Of a stretch of 64,000 nt of DNA, positions 34,209 through 44,152 are shown piece by piece. The stretch lies in IMG/VR virus record IMGVR_UViG_3300042375_000684; one strand, written 5' to 3'. The translations under genes were made by a program, and so were the position numbers. The first letter of the stretch is position 1. Every line of letters begins with the position of its first letter. A model generated the notes under the pieces. That model did no database searches. It saw nothing but the letters and a program-made list of their open reading frames with translations, and was not told where the DNA came from. Source of the stretch: a virus.

Positions 34209-36235
34209 TGTTTGAAGATACTGGCGTAGGCATTAAAAATCCTTTATGGTTTGTTGGTGTTGTAGAAAACAGAAATGATCCAAGAAAAGAAGGTCGTGTT
34301 CAAGTAAGAGCATTTGGTGTTCACGGTACCAATAAAGAAGTTGAAACTACAAACTTACCTTGGGCAATATGTATATCAGGGAACTATGATCCAAATTATC
34401 CAATCCCGCCGCTTAATTCATGGGTGTTCGGATTTTTTTTAGATGGCCGTGATGCACAACAACCAATGATACTTGGTTTAATACCAACTCAAATGACTAG
34501 TTTAATTGATCCTGAAGTAAATGGCTGGGGTGCTATTCCTGCAGAAAATGTAGATCTCCAATCTCAGGGTTCAAGAGCAGTAGACTACGGACAGCCTCAA
34601 AACTCAAGAAAAGCTAGAGGAGAAGAGCTACACAAAACTGACGTGTTGATGCAGGAAGTCACTAGAGTCAGTGCTGATCTATCAGCGATAGAAGAAGATT
34701 TTATTATTGAAGAGCCCGCGCCCGGCGCGCAACCAGTTTATCCCTTTAACAGAGTAACAGAAACCGCGGGCGGTCACTGTTTTGAGATGGATGATTCACC
34801 ATCCGCAGCAAGAGTTAGATTAGGACACAGCGAAGGTCAATTTTTAGAAATGCATCAAAATGGAGTAACAGTTTTAAAATCAGTGAATGATTTGTGGCTT
34901 ATTTCAGAAGCAAATATAGTTATTATTGCAAAAGCCGGACAAGTTATAAAGGTAGAAGGTGACGCAGTTTTTAACGTAGATGGAAATTTTACTCAAGATG
35001 TAACTGGTGATATGAGACAAGTAGTTCATGGAAACTATGAACTATCAGTTGCGGGCCAATTGAATTTAAATGCCGGGGATGAAATTCAGGCCCGTGCAGG
35101 TAAAATTAGAATTGAATCAAATATAGAAGGCATTAACTTAAGGTCTGCTAAAAAGATTAATATACAGTCTGGTGAATTGATAAACATTAAATCTGGTCAA
35201 GGTATATTCCAAGAAGCAGTAGAAGATATTAATATCAAAGGCGATAACTTATTCATCCAAGGATCAGGTACTTCAAATATAAAATCTTCTGAGATATCAA
35301 TAGATTCTTCCGGCAATTTAAGCCTCAAAGCAGATCACGTAATCGCTGGCGGGGGACAGCTTGTAAGCATCAATGCATCGACTGTAGCTATTGATGATAT
35401 TGTTCAACTTGCTAACGGAATGGCTGGAACTCCGATTGCGGCAGATGATGCCGTAGCGGCTTCACCTGCAGAATCTACCGAATTACCAGAACCGGCGGCA
35501 AAGTCTAGCGGTAACGGGAACGGTGGTGGTGCCGGGTTTGGAAATGGTGGTTATAAAAGTCCTTCACTATCTGGCAGTGGTGGTTATGTATCACAAGACG
35601 ATGGAGTAACTGACGGTAATAAAACATCTGATACTCCAGTAGAAGGTAATTATGTTGCCGGAGATTATGCTGATATTGAAGAAGCGCTTCGCGCGCAAGG
35701 TTTCAGCGAAAACGAAATAACTGCGGCACTTGCGATTATTGGCGGTGAATCAAATGGTGCCTTTACCGCAACTGAAACAAGTTATTCAGGTACTTCTAAT
35801 GAACGAATTAGATCTATATTCTCTCGTACATCATCACTTTCCGATACAGAGTTAACTGCACTTAAAAGTAATGATACAGAATTCTTTAATTATGTTTATG
35901 GCGGCCAGAATGGCAATGGTTCTGGAAATAATGATGGATATAATTATAGAGGCCGCGGACTTATACAATTGACATTCAGAGCTAATTATGACAGATATGC
36001 CAAATTAACTGGATATAATATTGTTGCTAATCCTTCTCTTGTTAATACCGACAGACAAGTTGCAGCTTCAGTTACCGCAGCATATCTAAAAGATAGAGTC
36101 AGAAGAACAGGTGACCCTGTCGGTGATATTCGTGCGGCCGTAGCAGGAACAAGAACAGGACAGACTTACACAATGAATATAGATAAAGATAGAGCAAGAT
36201 ATGAACGCCTCTTAAAAGAGCGCGGGATTAGTTAA
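34208..36235 (+). CDS. gp5: baseplate spike gp5 with a C-terminal GH19-like lysozyme domain
   Basis: OB-fold WFVGVVENRNDP...GRVQVR.FG.H...LPWA; beta-helix V.GD/GN repeats; C-terminal GES...NYVYG...GN...DGYNYRGRGLIQLT.R.NY. Confidence 0.9.
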   Translation: MFEDTGVGIKNPLWFVGVVENRNDPRKEGRVQVRAFGVHGTNKEVETTNLPWAICISGNYDPNYPIPPLNSWVFGFFLDGRDAQQPMILGLIPTQMTSLIDPEVNGWGAIPAENVDLQSQGSRAVDYGQPQNSRKARGEELHKTDVLMQEVTRVSADLSAIEEDFIIEEPAPGAQPVYPFNRVTETAGGHCFEMDDSPSAARVRLGHSEGQFLEMHQNGVTVLKSVNDLWLISEANIVIIAKAGQVIKVEGDAVFNVDGNFTQDVTGDMRQVVHGNYELSVAGQLNLNAGDEIQARAGKIRIESNIEGINLRSAKKINIQSGELINIKSGQGIFQEAVEDINIKGDNLFIQGSGTSNIKSSEISIDSSGNLSLKADHVIAGGGQLVSINASTVAIDDIVQLANGMAGTPIAADDAVAASPAESTELPEPAAKSSGNGNGGGAGFGNGGYKSPSLSGSGGYVSQDDGVTDGNKTSDTPVEGNYVAGDYADIEEALRAQGFSENEITAALAIIGGESNGAFTATETSYSGTSNERIRSIFSRTSSLSDTELTALKSNDTEFFNYVYGGQNGNGSGNNDGYNYRGRGLIQLTFRANYDRYAKLTGYNIVANPSLVNTDRQVAASVTAAYLKDRVRRTGDPVGDIRAAVAGTRTGQTYTMNIDKDRARYERLLKERGIS

Positions 36236-36246
36236 GGATTAAAATC

Positions 36247-37803
36247 ATGGCAGAAATATGTAAAGATACTACCGAATCAAGAAATACTGCTTCTTTAATT
36301 AGCACAGATGGATTTGCTTATTCACCCACAATACAAATATATCAATTAGATAAATTACAAGCAGATTTCGAGAAAAGTGCAGTAAATAGGATTAGTTCTA
36401 ATAATTATATAGATTTATACACACAAGATACATTCAACCAGGGCTTAATAGCATTTAATAATTTTCTTTTAGCATCGAGTACAAATACTAATTTAAATTT
36501 ACCTGTGAATTATCCATTGGTTAATGATAGAATATCTAAAGGTGTTGCGATTACTACAATAGAATATATTGATTTTATGGAAGATATTGGTTATAATCCT
36601 ATTACAATACAAAGTGCAATAACATCAAGTCCTAAAACTGTATTAAAACTTTACAATTCACATATTAATGGTAGATTTTCCAAAAGTACGATGGGTACAT
36701 TTTGCGAATTAGCTCCATCTATTTTTGGTGCCGTCGCAGGTTTCTTTACAGCTATTAGAAACTTTGCAAATAAAATTACAGATATTGTCAATAAAATCCA
36801 AAATTTTAGTTTGGCTGCATTACTAACTAGTCTTAAAGATAAAATAATGTCAGTTATTGAGAATACAATAGAAAAGGTAAAAAGTATTATTGAAAACTTT
36901 TCTATAGACGAACTTATTTCTGATGTAAATAAATTCTTTCATAATAAAATAGCAAATAAATTCTTTCTACTAAAATCAAAAGCCATGAAATTTTTTGAAT
37001 CAATAAATGTAGAGAACTTTAAGAAAAAAATTGAAGGTCTTATTTCGTATGCAACAAACATTTTTAAAGATCCTAAAATTGAAGAAATACAGTTTTTAAT
37101 CTATAGATTTTGTTCATTCATTACTCAAGTCGAAGATATTATTAATGGTATTAAATCACCGCTTGAAGATTTTTCAAATAAATATGTGTATGCTGGAAAT
37201 ATATTAAAAACAAATTCATCTGTTAATACAATTGATGCTGTCAACTCTGGTGCTAAAAGATTTGATGAAGCTGAAATTGCTGCGGCCATTGAACGAGGTG
37301 CTGCATTAGAAACTGCAAGCGGTAATCAACCATTGATTACAGGACCTGAAAAAGATGATTTACCTGGGTGGAATAATGGCAAAGGTGATAGTAGAGTAAC
37401 ATTTGCTGGTAACTGGATAAAGCCACCAGGTGAAGGTTGTGCTGGTGGTATGGGATCAGAAGGATGGGAATTGGATACTGACGTATTTCTTACATCAAAA
37501 ATACTTCTAATGAGAGTTTATAAAGAATTTTCTAAACAAACTGGAGTTAATCAGATTACAATAAATAGCGCATATAGAAGCCCCAAATATAACTACTGTC
37601 TTAGTAAAAGAACAAGTGGTGTAGCAAAGACTAGTCAACACATCCAAGGAAAAGCTTTCGATGTGACATGGGCTGGTTGGCCGAATAATTTAGATGTGTT
37701 TATAGAAGTTGCAAAGTCAGTTGGATTTAATGGTATTGGTATATATAGAAAAAGTAATTTTGTGCATATAGATAGAGGCCCCACAAGAAGTTGGAACGGA
37801 TAA
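36247..37803 (+). CDS. helical protein with a C-terminal peptidase M15A-like (zinc D-Ala-D-Ala) domain
   Basis: INSAYRSPKYN, SQHIQGKAFDV and GIGIY...FVHID. Confidence 0.82.
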   Translation: MAEICKDTTESRNTASLISTDGFAYSPTIQIYQLDKLQADFEKSAVNRISSNNYIDLYTQDTFNQGLIAFNNFLLASSTNTNLNLPVNYPLVNDRISKGVAITTIEYIDFMEDIGYNPITIQSAITSSPKTVLKLYNSHINGRFSKSTMGTFCELAPSIFGAVAGFFTAIRNFANKITDIVNKIQNFSLAALLTSLKDKIMSVIENTIEKVKSIIENFSIDELISDVNKFFHNKIANKFFLLKSKAMKFFESINVENFKKKIEGLISYATNIFKDPKIEEIQFLIYRFCSFITQVEDIINGIKSPLEDFSNKYVYAGNILKTNSSVNTIDAVNSGAKRFDEAEIAAAIERGAALETASGNQPLITGPEKDDLPGWNNGKGDSRVTFAGNWIKPPGEGCAGGMGSEGWELDTDVFLTSKILLMRVYKEFSKQTGVNQITINSAYRSPKYNYCLSKRTSGVAKTSQHIQGKAFDVTWAGWPNNLDVFIEVAKSVGFNGIGIYRKSNFVHIDRGPTRSWNG

Positions 37804-38232
37804 ATGGCAATAATACCTCAGACTAGAATCACACCAAGAACAAGAAAAATAGAAACAGTATACGCAGATTTTCACAAAGATCTGACTACAAATCCATTTT
37901 CTAATGATCTTGCACTTAAAACAGATGAAGAGGCAATTAAAGAGTCTCTTAAAAATATTATATTAATGGATAAAGGTGAAAAACTATTCCGACCATCATT
38001 TGGTGGCAATATTAAAGCAATGCTTTTTGAATTAAATAGTCCCGCTACTATAAAATTAATTCAAGAACAACTTAAAAGTACCATAAATAACTATGAACCA
38101 AGAGTAGAATTAATTTCAGTTGAAGTTTATAGTTTAATAGACGACAATAGAGTAGTAATAAAGATAATTTATGCTCTTAGAAATAGAGAAGAGCCAATTC
38201 AAGTAGAGTTTATTTTGGAAAGAGTAAGATAA
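37804..38232 (+). CDS. gp25: baseplate wedge gp25
   Basis: AIKESLKNI.L...GEK.F.P.FG and I.NYEPRV. Confidence 0.93.
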   Translation: MAIIPQTRITPRTRKIETVYADFHKDLTTNPFSNDLALKTDEEAIKESLKNIILMDKGEKLFRPSFGGNIKAMLFELNSPATIKLIQEQLKSTINNYEPRVELISVEVYSLIDDNRVVIKIIYALRNREEPIQVEFILERVR

Positions 38233-38233
38233 A

Positions 38234-40021
38234 ATGGCAAAGACACCTATTACTGAACTTGATTTCTTTGCGATTAAAGAACAATTTAAAACATATTTAA
38301 AAACACAGACATCTTTTAAAGACTATAACTTTGAAGGCTCAAACATGTCTATTCTATTGGATGTATTAGCATATAATACGTTTCAGAATAACTTTTATAC
38401 AAATATGGCATTATCAGAAATGTTCCTTGATACTGCACAATTAAAAAATTCTATTGTGTCTCACGCAAAAGAACTTAACTATTTGCCAAAATCTTCTACT
38501 TCTGCCAAGGCAATTGTAAGAGTGACATTTACAGATACCAATGGAGCAAGTACCGTTACAATTCCAAAGGGAACTAAATTTACATCTTCATCTAATGGTA
38601 ATTCTTTTAACTTTGTAACTGCACAAGTTTTCCTTGCAAGAAAAACTGCTGTATCTGCCGATGGTTTAACTGCAACCTACGTAGCGGATCAAGTTGAAAT
38701 TTTTGAAGGTGAAATATTTACAAACTTTGAAACTGAAGGTTATTTTGTAGAAGACACAGCATTCAAGTGCGTATTATCAAGTGAAAATGTTGATATTTTA
38801 TCAGTAGCAGTAAGCACTGATGATAATGAATTGCAATATACATATAAAACAGACATATTTGGTGTTGAACCAACAGATCGTGTATTCTATATCGAACCAT
38901 ACTTTGACGATAGATATGCTGTAGTTTTTGGTAGAAATACATTTGGTTTACAACCAAGCCCAGATGAAAAGATACAAATTGAATATCGTGTGTGTAATGA
39001 AGATGCTTCAAATGGCGCATCTAAATTTGCAACATCATTTAAAACTGGTGTGAGAGTAGAAACAATTCAAGCTGCAGCTGGTGGTGCACCTAAAGAAACA
39101 CTTGAAAGTATTCGTTTCTTTGCTCCCCGTTCTATTCAAATTCAAGAAAGAGCTGTTACAACTAAAGATTATGAGATCTTGCTTAAACAAAAATACAATG
39201 AAATACAGGCAGTTTCTGTTTATGGTGGCGAGAATCTTGAACCACCACAATTTGGAAAGGTTGCTATTTCTGTAGTGCTCGAAGGTACAAATGATCTTTC
39301 GGAAAGTAGAAAGAATGAGTTTAAAAGATATCTCATTGATAAAACTCCATTGACCATTGAACCTATATTTGTAAGTCCAGAATTTATGTATGTCGACGCT
39401 TTGGTCAACATATATTACTCATATAAGCAGACAAATAGAACTGAAAGTGAATTAGAAAATTTAATCAGAAAAGTAATGTTTGATTATGATACAGTTAATT
39501 TAAGTGCATTTGGTGCTACTCTCCGAACTTCAAAATTAATGGCACTGATAGATGATGTAGATGATGCAATACTAAGTAATAGTCTTGAATTAAGAGCTAT
39601 TATTGAATATTCACCTCCGCTACTATTACCACAGAACCCGACATTTAAATTTGGATCTCCACTTATAAAACCATACCCGTTCGTAAATTCATCCGGTTTT
39701 GCAGATTTTAAACCTACTATTGCAAGTTCTATATTCTCTTACAATGGTATATGTGCGCTATTACAAGATAATGGTTCTGGTATCATACAGATTATTACCA
39801 GCGATACTATAAATACCAGAGTATTGAATGCAAGTGCTGGTACAGTAGACTACACAACTGGTACTTTAAGATTAGTTAATTTTACTACGGATGATTATTC
39901 AGGTTCTGCTATTAAAATATTCGCAAGAAAGAAAGAAGCGGATATTATTGCTCCAAAAAATAGACTTCTTCAATTAAGAGATGAAGATATTAGAATAATC
40001 TTTAACGAGGTTTCTTCATAA
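38234..40021 (+). CDS. gp6: baseplate wedge gp6
   Basis: ELDF..IK, DYNFEGS....LLDVLAYNT, GG...E....IR..AP and Q.RAVT..DY. Confidence 0.94.
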   Translation: MAKTPITELDFFAIKEQFKTYLKTQTSFKDYNFEGSNMSILLDVLAYNTFQNNFYTNMALSEMFLDTAQLKNSIVSHAKELNYLPKSSTSAKAIVRVTFTDTNGASTVTIPKGTKFTSSSNGNSFNFVTAQVFLARKTAVSADGLTATYVADQVEIFEGEIFTNFETEGYFVEDTAFKCVLSSENVDILSVAVSTDDNELQYTYKTDIFGVEPTDRVFYIEPYFDDRYAVVFGRNTFGLQPSPDEKIQIEYRVCNEDASNGASKFATSFKTGVRVETIQAAAGGAPKETLESIRFFAPRSIQIQERAVTTKDYEILLKQKYNEIQAVSVYGGENLEPPQFGKVAISVVLEGTNDLSESRKNEFKRYLIDKTPLTIEPIFVSPEFMYVDALVNIYYSYKQTNRTESELENLIRKVMFDYDTVNLSAFGATLRTSKLMALIDDVDDAILSNSLELRAIIEYSPPLLLPQNPTFKFGSPLIKPYPFVNSSGFADFKPTIASSIFSYNGICALLQDNGSGIIQIITSDTINTRVLNASAGTVDYTTGTLRLVNFTTDDYSGSAIKIFARKKEADIIAPKNRLLQLRDEDIRIIFNEVSS

Positions 40022-42348
40022 TGGATATTGAAAAATTTATAGCATATCAGATAGAAAAACAATTCCCTTCGCTCTTTAGAGAGGAAGGTACTGAATTAGT
40101 AGCACTGATAAAATACTATTATGAATTTTTGGAAACAGATGTTTCTGCATTTTATGTACAGGGTACTAAAATAGTAGATGGAGTAAGCCAAACATTTTCA
40201 GAAAAATTCAAGATAAGAAAAGATGCAGAACAAAGACTTTTTGATCTAAAAAAGATACCTTCATATTCTAATTTAGTGTTAAAAGAAGATAAAAATCAAA
40301 GTGTTTATAATAACAGAAGATTATTTGAATTTAGAGATATAGATAATACTCTTGAAGATATGGTAATATTCTTTAAAAATAAGTATATGAAAGATCTGCA
40401 ATTAGATGGTAACAATACACGATTTATTGTAAAAAATATTCTTGATCTATATCGAAGACGAGGCACACCTGATGGTGTCGAACTCTTCTTTAGATTATTT
40501 TATAATGAAAATATTGAAATATATTATCCTTCAGAGGCTATATTAAAACCTTCTACCTCATCTTGGAATCAAGGCATATTTTTACAACTTTATCCAAAAG
40601 AAATAACAGAACTTAAAGATTTAACAGGGCGATCTATATACGGATCTATTTCCAAAGCCGAAGGTATTGTCAATAGAATTTCATTTACACTTGTAAATAA
40701 TGCCCTAATACCTATTTTATTTTTGAGTAGTGTAAAAGGTAACTTTATAGGGTACGATGACATATTCAGTATCATAGATGGAACTATTGTAAATTTTGGA
40801 ATAGTATATGGATCATTGGATTCTGTCAATATAAATCAAACTGATCCTAGGGCAACAACCGGAAATGAAATTGGAGACTTAGTAAACGTAACTTATGCAG
40901 GCGCCCGCGGCGGCAAAGCAATAGTTACAGATGTTTCACAAACAATCAGTGGTGAAATAACTTATGAGTTTTTAGAAACTGGATTTGGTTACACAGAAGA
41001 AAATACATTATTGCTGGTGTCAAATCAAATTATATTTCCATTTAAGTTTACTACTGAATCACCAGATTTAATTGACGACTTGGTAGTATTGGAAACCGTA
41101 CAAGACCAATTCGGTAATGTTGGTAAAGTAATAGGCGGGAACGAAACCATTTTTGGTATAAAAATGGATGAGGGGATGCAATTTACTTCCAATTCCGTTA
41201 TTACAACCACAAGAGCAGTAGACAATACTATAGTGATATCAGGTGCTGAAATCATAATAGATAGTCCTAATATTATAATTGTAAATAAAACAGCTAATAA
41301 TTATTTTAGTGATAATGACATTTACTATTTTGATCTAGTAACACCTAAAAATGATTCTTCTCCGGGGCCTTTATATCCAGAAACAGCAAACACAGAAATA
41401 CTTTCGGTTAAATTAAATGAATTAGATAATGAAGAAACTGTATCTCTTATTGTAGATATAATTGGCAATTTCTTAGATGTACAACTCGATTCAGTAAACT
41501 ATAATGATCCACCCGCATTAACTGTAATGAGCGGTAATACCGATCCAGTTGATGCTAATACTCCATTAAACGAAGCATTTAATTTGGAACCATTTACTAT
41601 TGGTTCAATCAAAAAGTTCATAAACATAAAGCCAGGAACAGATTATAAGAATAAAGTATTTGCTGTTGCATATGATCCAGTTATGAAAAATTTTGATGTA
41701 TATAATCAGATTATCACATTGGAAACTATATCCGCAACACTTGAAGTCGGAAGTATTATAACACAAGGTAGCGGCCCATCGGAAATTTCTGGGAAAATAA
41801 TTAAAATTGTTGAAAATACCATATTTGTACTTCCTTATTCTTATTATGGATTTACAAGTAATCCCATTACATTCAATGGAAATAATTTTAATGTTCTAAG
41901 TATCAGTAGAGATTATAGTTCGGCACCAATTGGATTTAATGCTAATATTAATGCAATTACCGAATTTGCTGTAGGAAAAATATTAAATGTTGAAGTAACA
42001 AATTCTGGATATGGTTATGGCGATAAAGAAGAAGTAACTATTACCGATGATTTTGGAGATGTACTTGCGGTTGGTGTGGCAAATGCAAGAGGCCAAGGTA
42101 GAATTGAAGGTAGATGGTCCTCGAAGGAATCGCACTTAAATTTCCAAAGCGGAAAGGTACTTCAAGATAGTGACTATTACCAAGAATATTCATACGAGAT
42201 ACAGTCACAAACGGATATAAATACCTATAAATCTACTCTTACTGAAGTATCACATCTTGCAGGAACAAAAATATTTGGAAAATTTGTTTTAAAAGACGAG
42301 GCAAAGGTAAATACTACTGCTAGATTTTCTATAATAAGAAACACTTGA
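40021..42348 (+). CDS. gp7: baseplate wedge gp7-like
   Basis: QFPSLFREEG...VA.IKYYYEFLE, Y..RGT..G..LFFRLFY and LQDSDYYQEYSYEI; position after gp6. Confidence 0.75.
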   Translation: MDIEKFIAYQIEKQFPSLFREEGTELVALIKYYYEFLETDVSAFYVQGTKIVDGVSQTFSEKFKIRKDAEQRLFDLKKIPSYSNLVLKEDKNQSVYNNRRLFEFRDIDNTLEDMVIFFKNKYMKDLQLDGNNTRFIVKNILDLYRRRGTPDGVELFFRLFYNENIEIYYPSEAILKPSTSSWNQGIFLQLYPKEITELKDLTGRSIYGSISKAEGIVNRISFTLVNNALIPILFLSSVKGNFIGYDDIFSIIDGTIVNFGIVYGSLDSVNINQTDPRATTGNEIGDLVNVTYAGARGGKAIVTDVSQTISGEITYEFLETGFGYTEENTLLLVSNQIIFPFKFTTESPDLIDDLVVLETVQDQFGNVGKVIGGNETIFGIKMDEGMQFTSNSVITTTRAVDNTIVISGAEIIIDSPNIIIVNKTANNYFSDNDIYYFDLVTPKNDSSPGPLYPETANTEILSVKLNELDNEETVSLIVDIIGNFLDVQLDSVNYNDPPALTVMSGNTDPVDANTPLNEAFNLEPFTIGSIKKFINIKPGTDYKNKVFAVAYDPVMKNFDVYNQIITLETISATLEVGSIITQGSGPSEISGKIIKIVENTIFVLPYSYYGFTSNPITFNGNNFNVLSISRDYSSAPIGFNANINAITEFAVGKILNVEVTNSGYGYGDKEEVTITDDFGDVLAVGVANARGQGRIEGRWSSKESHLNFQSGKVLQDSDYYQEYSYEIQSQTDINTYKSTLTEVSHLAGTKIFGKFVLKDEAKVNTTARFSIIRNT

Positions 42349-42355
42349 GGGAAAA

Positions 42356-44143
42356 ATGTCAATTATAACAAATAAATTTAAGACAAGTAATGTTACAGAT
42401 TTCAAGCAAGATTTTATAGATTCAGATTACTATGTTTTTGTTTCTTCTACACAAATAACACAGACAAATGATTCCGAGTATTATATAAATGAATTTTTAG
42501 AGAATACACTTTTTGGTAAAAAAATAAACCCCGATGAAGTATTCTTTATGATAGATAATAATAGATGGCAATCTGGTTTAATTTATGAAAAGTACGATGA
42601 TAAATCAGATCTATCAGATAAAAAATTCTATGCAATAGTCTATCCTACTGATAATAGTACTGGCGATTATAGAGTGTACAAGTGTCTTTCAAATGATCAT
42701 GGTGCTAAATCTTTCAATCCACCAAATTATGATCCAGATACAGATGAACAAATTTATAGAATGGGTGATGGTTATGTTTGGAAATTTATGTACGTGATAT
42801 CTACTGTAGAATACCAAAAATATTCCGCACTTCAATATTTTCCAATCGTGTATCCCACTGCTGTAATTACAAACGTTGTTGCAACGGGAACTGCAATTAC
42901 ATATTTCGCGGACAATATTTTTAAACCTGGTATGATTGTAACTGTAAAAGGTATTATACCAAATCAATTTAATGTTACTGATAGAGTGATTACTGCCGCA
43001 TCAATTACTTCATTTACAATTAGCGGTACTGAAACTGGATCGTATCAAATAACATCACAAGGTGAATGTGTTGTAAAAAATGGGCTCGTTAATAAGCGAT
43101 CCATTGATCACATTGAAGTTGAAAATTATGATTTAAATAAAGGATATGAATTAAGATCTGGAATAATAGAAGAAGTCGGTGAAACTAATATTACAATATC
43201 ATCACCTAAGCTAGATTTAAATCCTTTAGCTAATTATTATTCCGGCCAGACCTTTTATGTTATAGATACAAATAATTATGCAAATACATATACTATAGAT
43301 ACATATAGTTATAACGAATCTACCAAAAAAGCAATTATCACACTTTTAGATAAAGATTCGTTTATTGATATTAATTTTGATTTTGAAATTTTCCCTAAAA
43401 TTGAAATAGCGGGGGATGGTACTGGTGCAGAAGCTGTGCCCAAAATAAACAGTCTAGGTACAATAGAAACTATATTAATTCTAAATAAAGGTAGTGGTTA
43501 TACACGTGCAACAGCAAGAATAGTAACACCTCTTTATGGGTTTGATACTGTATCAGCATTATCAACTGATGTTGAAGCAATATTAAGACCTATTTTATCA
43601 CCTAAAAATGGGCATGGTTATAATTTTGAAACTGAATTACTATCTAGAAGAGCACATGTATATACATCTTTAACTGATACTGATAATATAACTATACCAT
43701 CATCAAATGTGTATACTAGAATAGGTATTGTAAAAAATCCAGAATTTACATCTAATACAGATTTATTTGATAACAGATTAAAACTTACACTTAGTTCAAG
43801 CATTTTAACTGTTGGTGAAACTGTGACTCAAAGTTATCAACAACCTATTTCATTTTCCTCTGAAGTTCATGCTGTTGATGGAAATATAGCATATTTGTGT
43901 AATTATCACGGACCATATAGAACGTATCCTTCTGCAAACAGTTCTGCAGAAGGATATGAAGATATTCCAATAAACATAAAGAGTTCTATTATATCATCTC
44001 AAAATCAGATATTGAATATAAATAACATTATAAGACCGAATTACATCCAGAAAACTGGGGATGTATATTATGTAACTAATTTTGTTCCGATCACTCGAAC
44101 AACTACTTCGAATGAAGAATATAAGATCGTATTAGAATTTTAA
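42356..44143 (+). CDS. gp8: baseplate wedge gp8-like
   Basis: W..G..Y..YDD, YRVYKCL.N and GDGYVWKFMY. Confidence 0.78.
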   Translation: MSIITNKFKTSNVTDFKQDFIDSDYYVFVSSTQITQTNDSEYYINEFLENTLFGKKINPDEVFFMIDNNRWQSGLIYEKYDDKSDLSDKKFYAIVYPTDNSTGDYRVYKCLSNDHGAKSFNPPNYDPDTDEQIYRMGDGYVWKFMYVISTVEYQKYSALQYFPIVYPTAVITNVVATGTAITYFADNIFKPGMIVTVKGIIPNQFNVTDRVITAASITSFTISGTETGSYQITSQGECVVKNGLVNKRSIDHIEVENYDLNKGYELRSGIIEEVGETNITISSPKLDLNPLANYYSGQTFYVIDTNNYANTYTIDTYSYNESTKKAIITLLDKDSFIDINFDFEIFPKIEIAGDGTGAEAVPKINSLGTIETILILNKGSGYTRATARIVTPLYGFDTVSALSTDVEAILRPILSPKNGHGYNFETELLSRRAHVYTSLTDTDNITIPSSNVYTRIGIVKNPEFTSNTDLFDNRLKLTLSSSILTVGETVTQSYQQPISFSSEVHAVDGNIAYLCNYHGPYRTYPSANSSAEGYEDIPINIKSSIISSQNQILNINNIIRPNYIQKTGDVYYVTNFVPITRTTTSNEEYKIVLEF

Positions 44144-44152
44144 GGATAAAAA

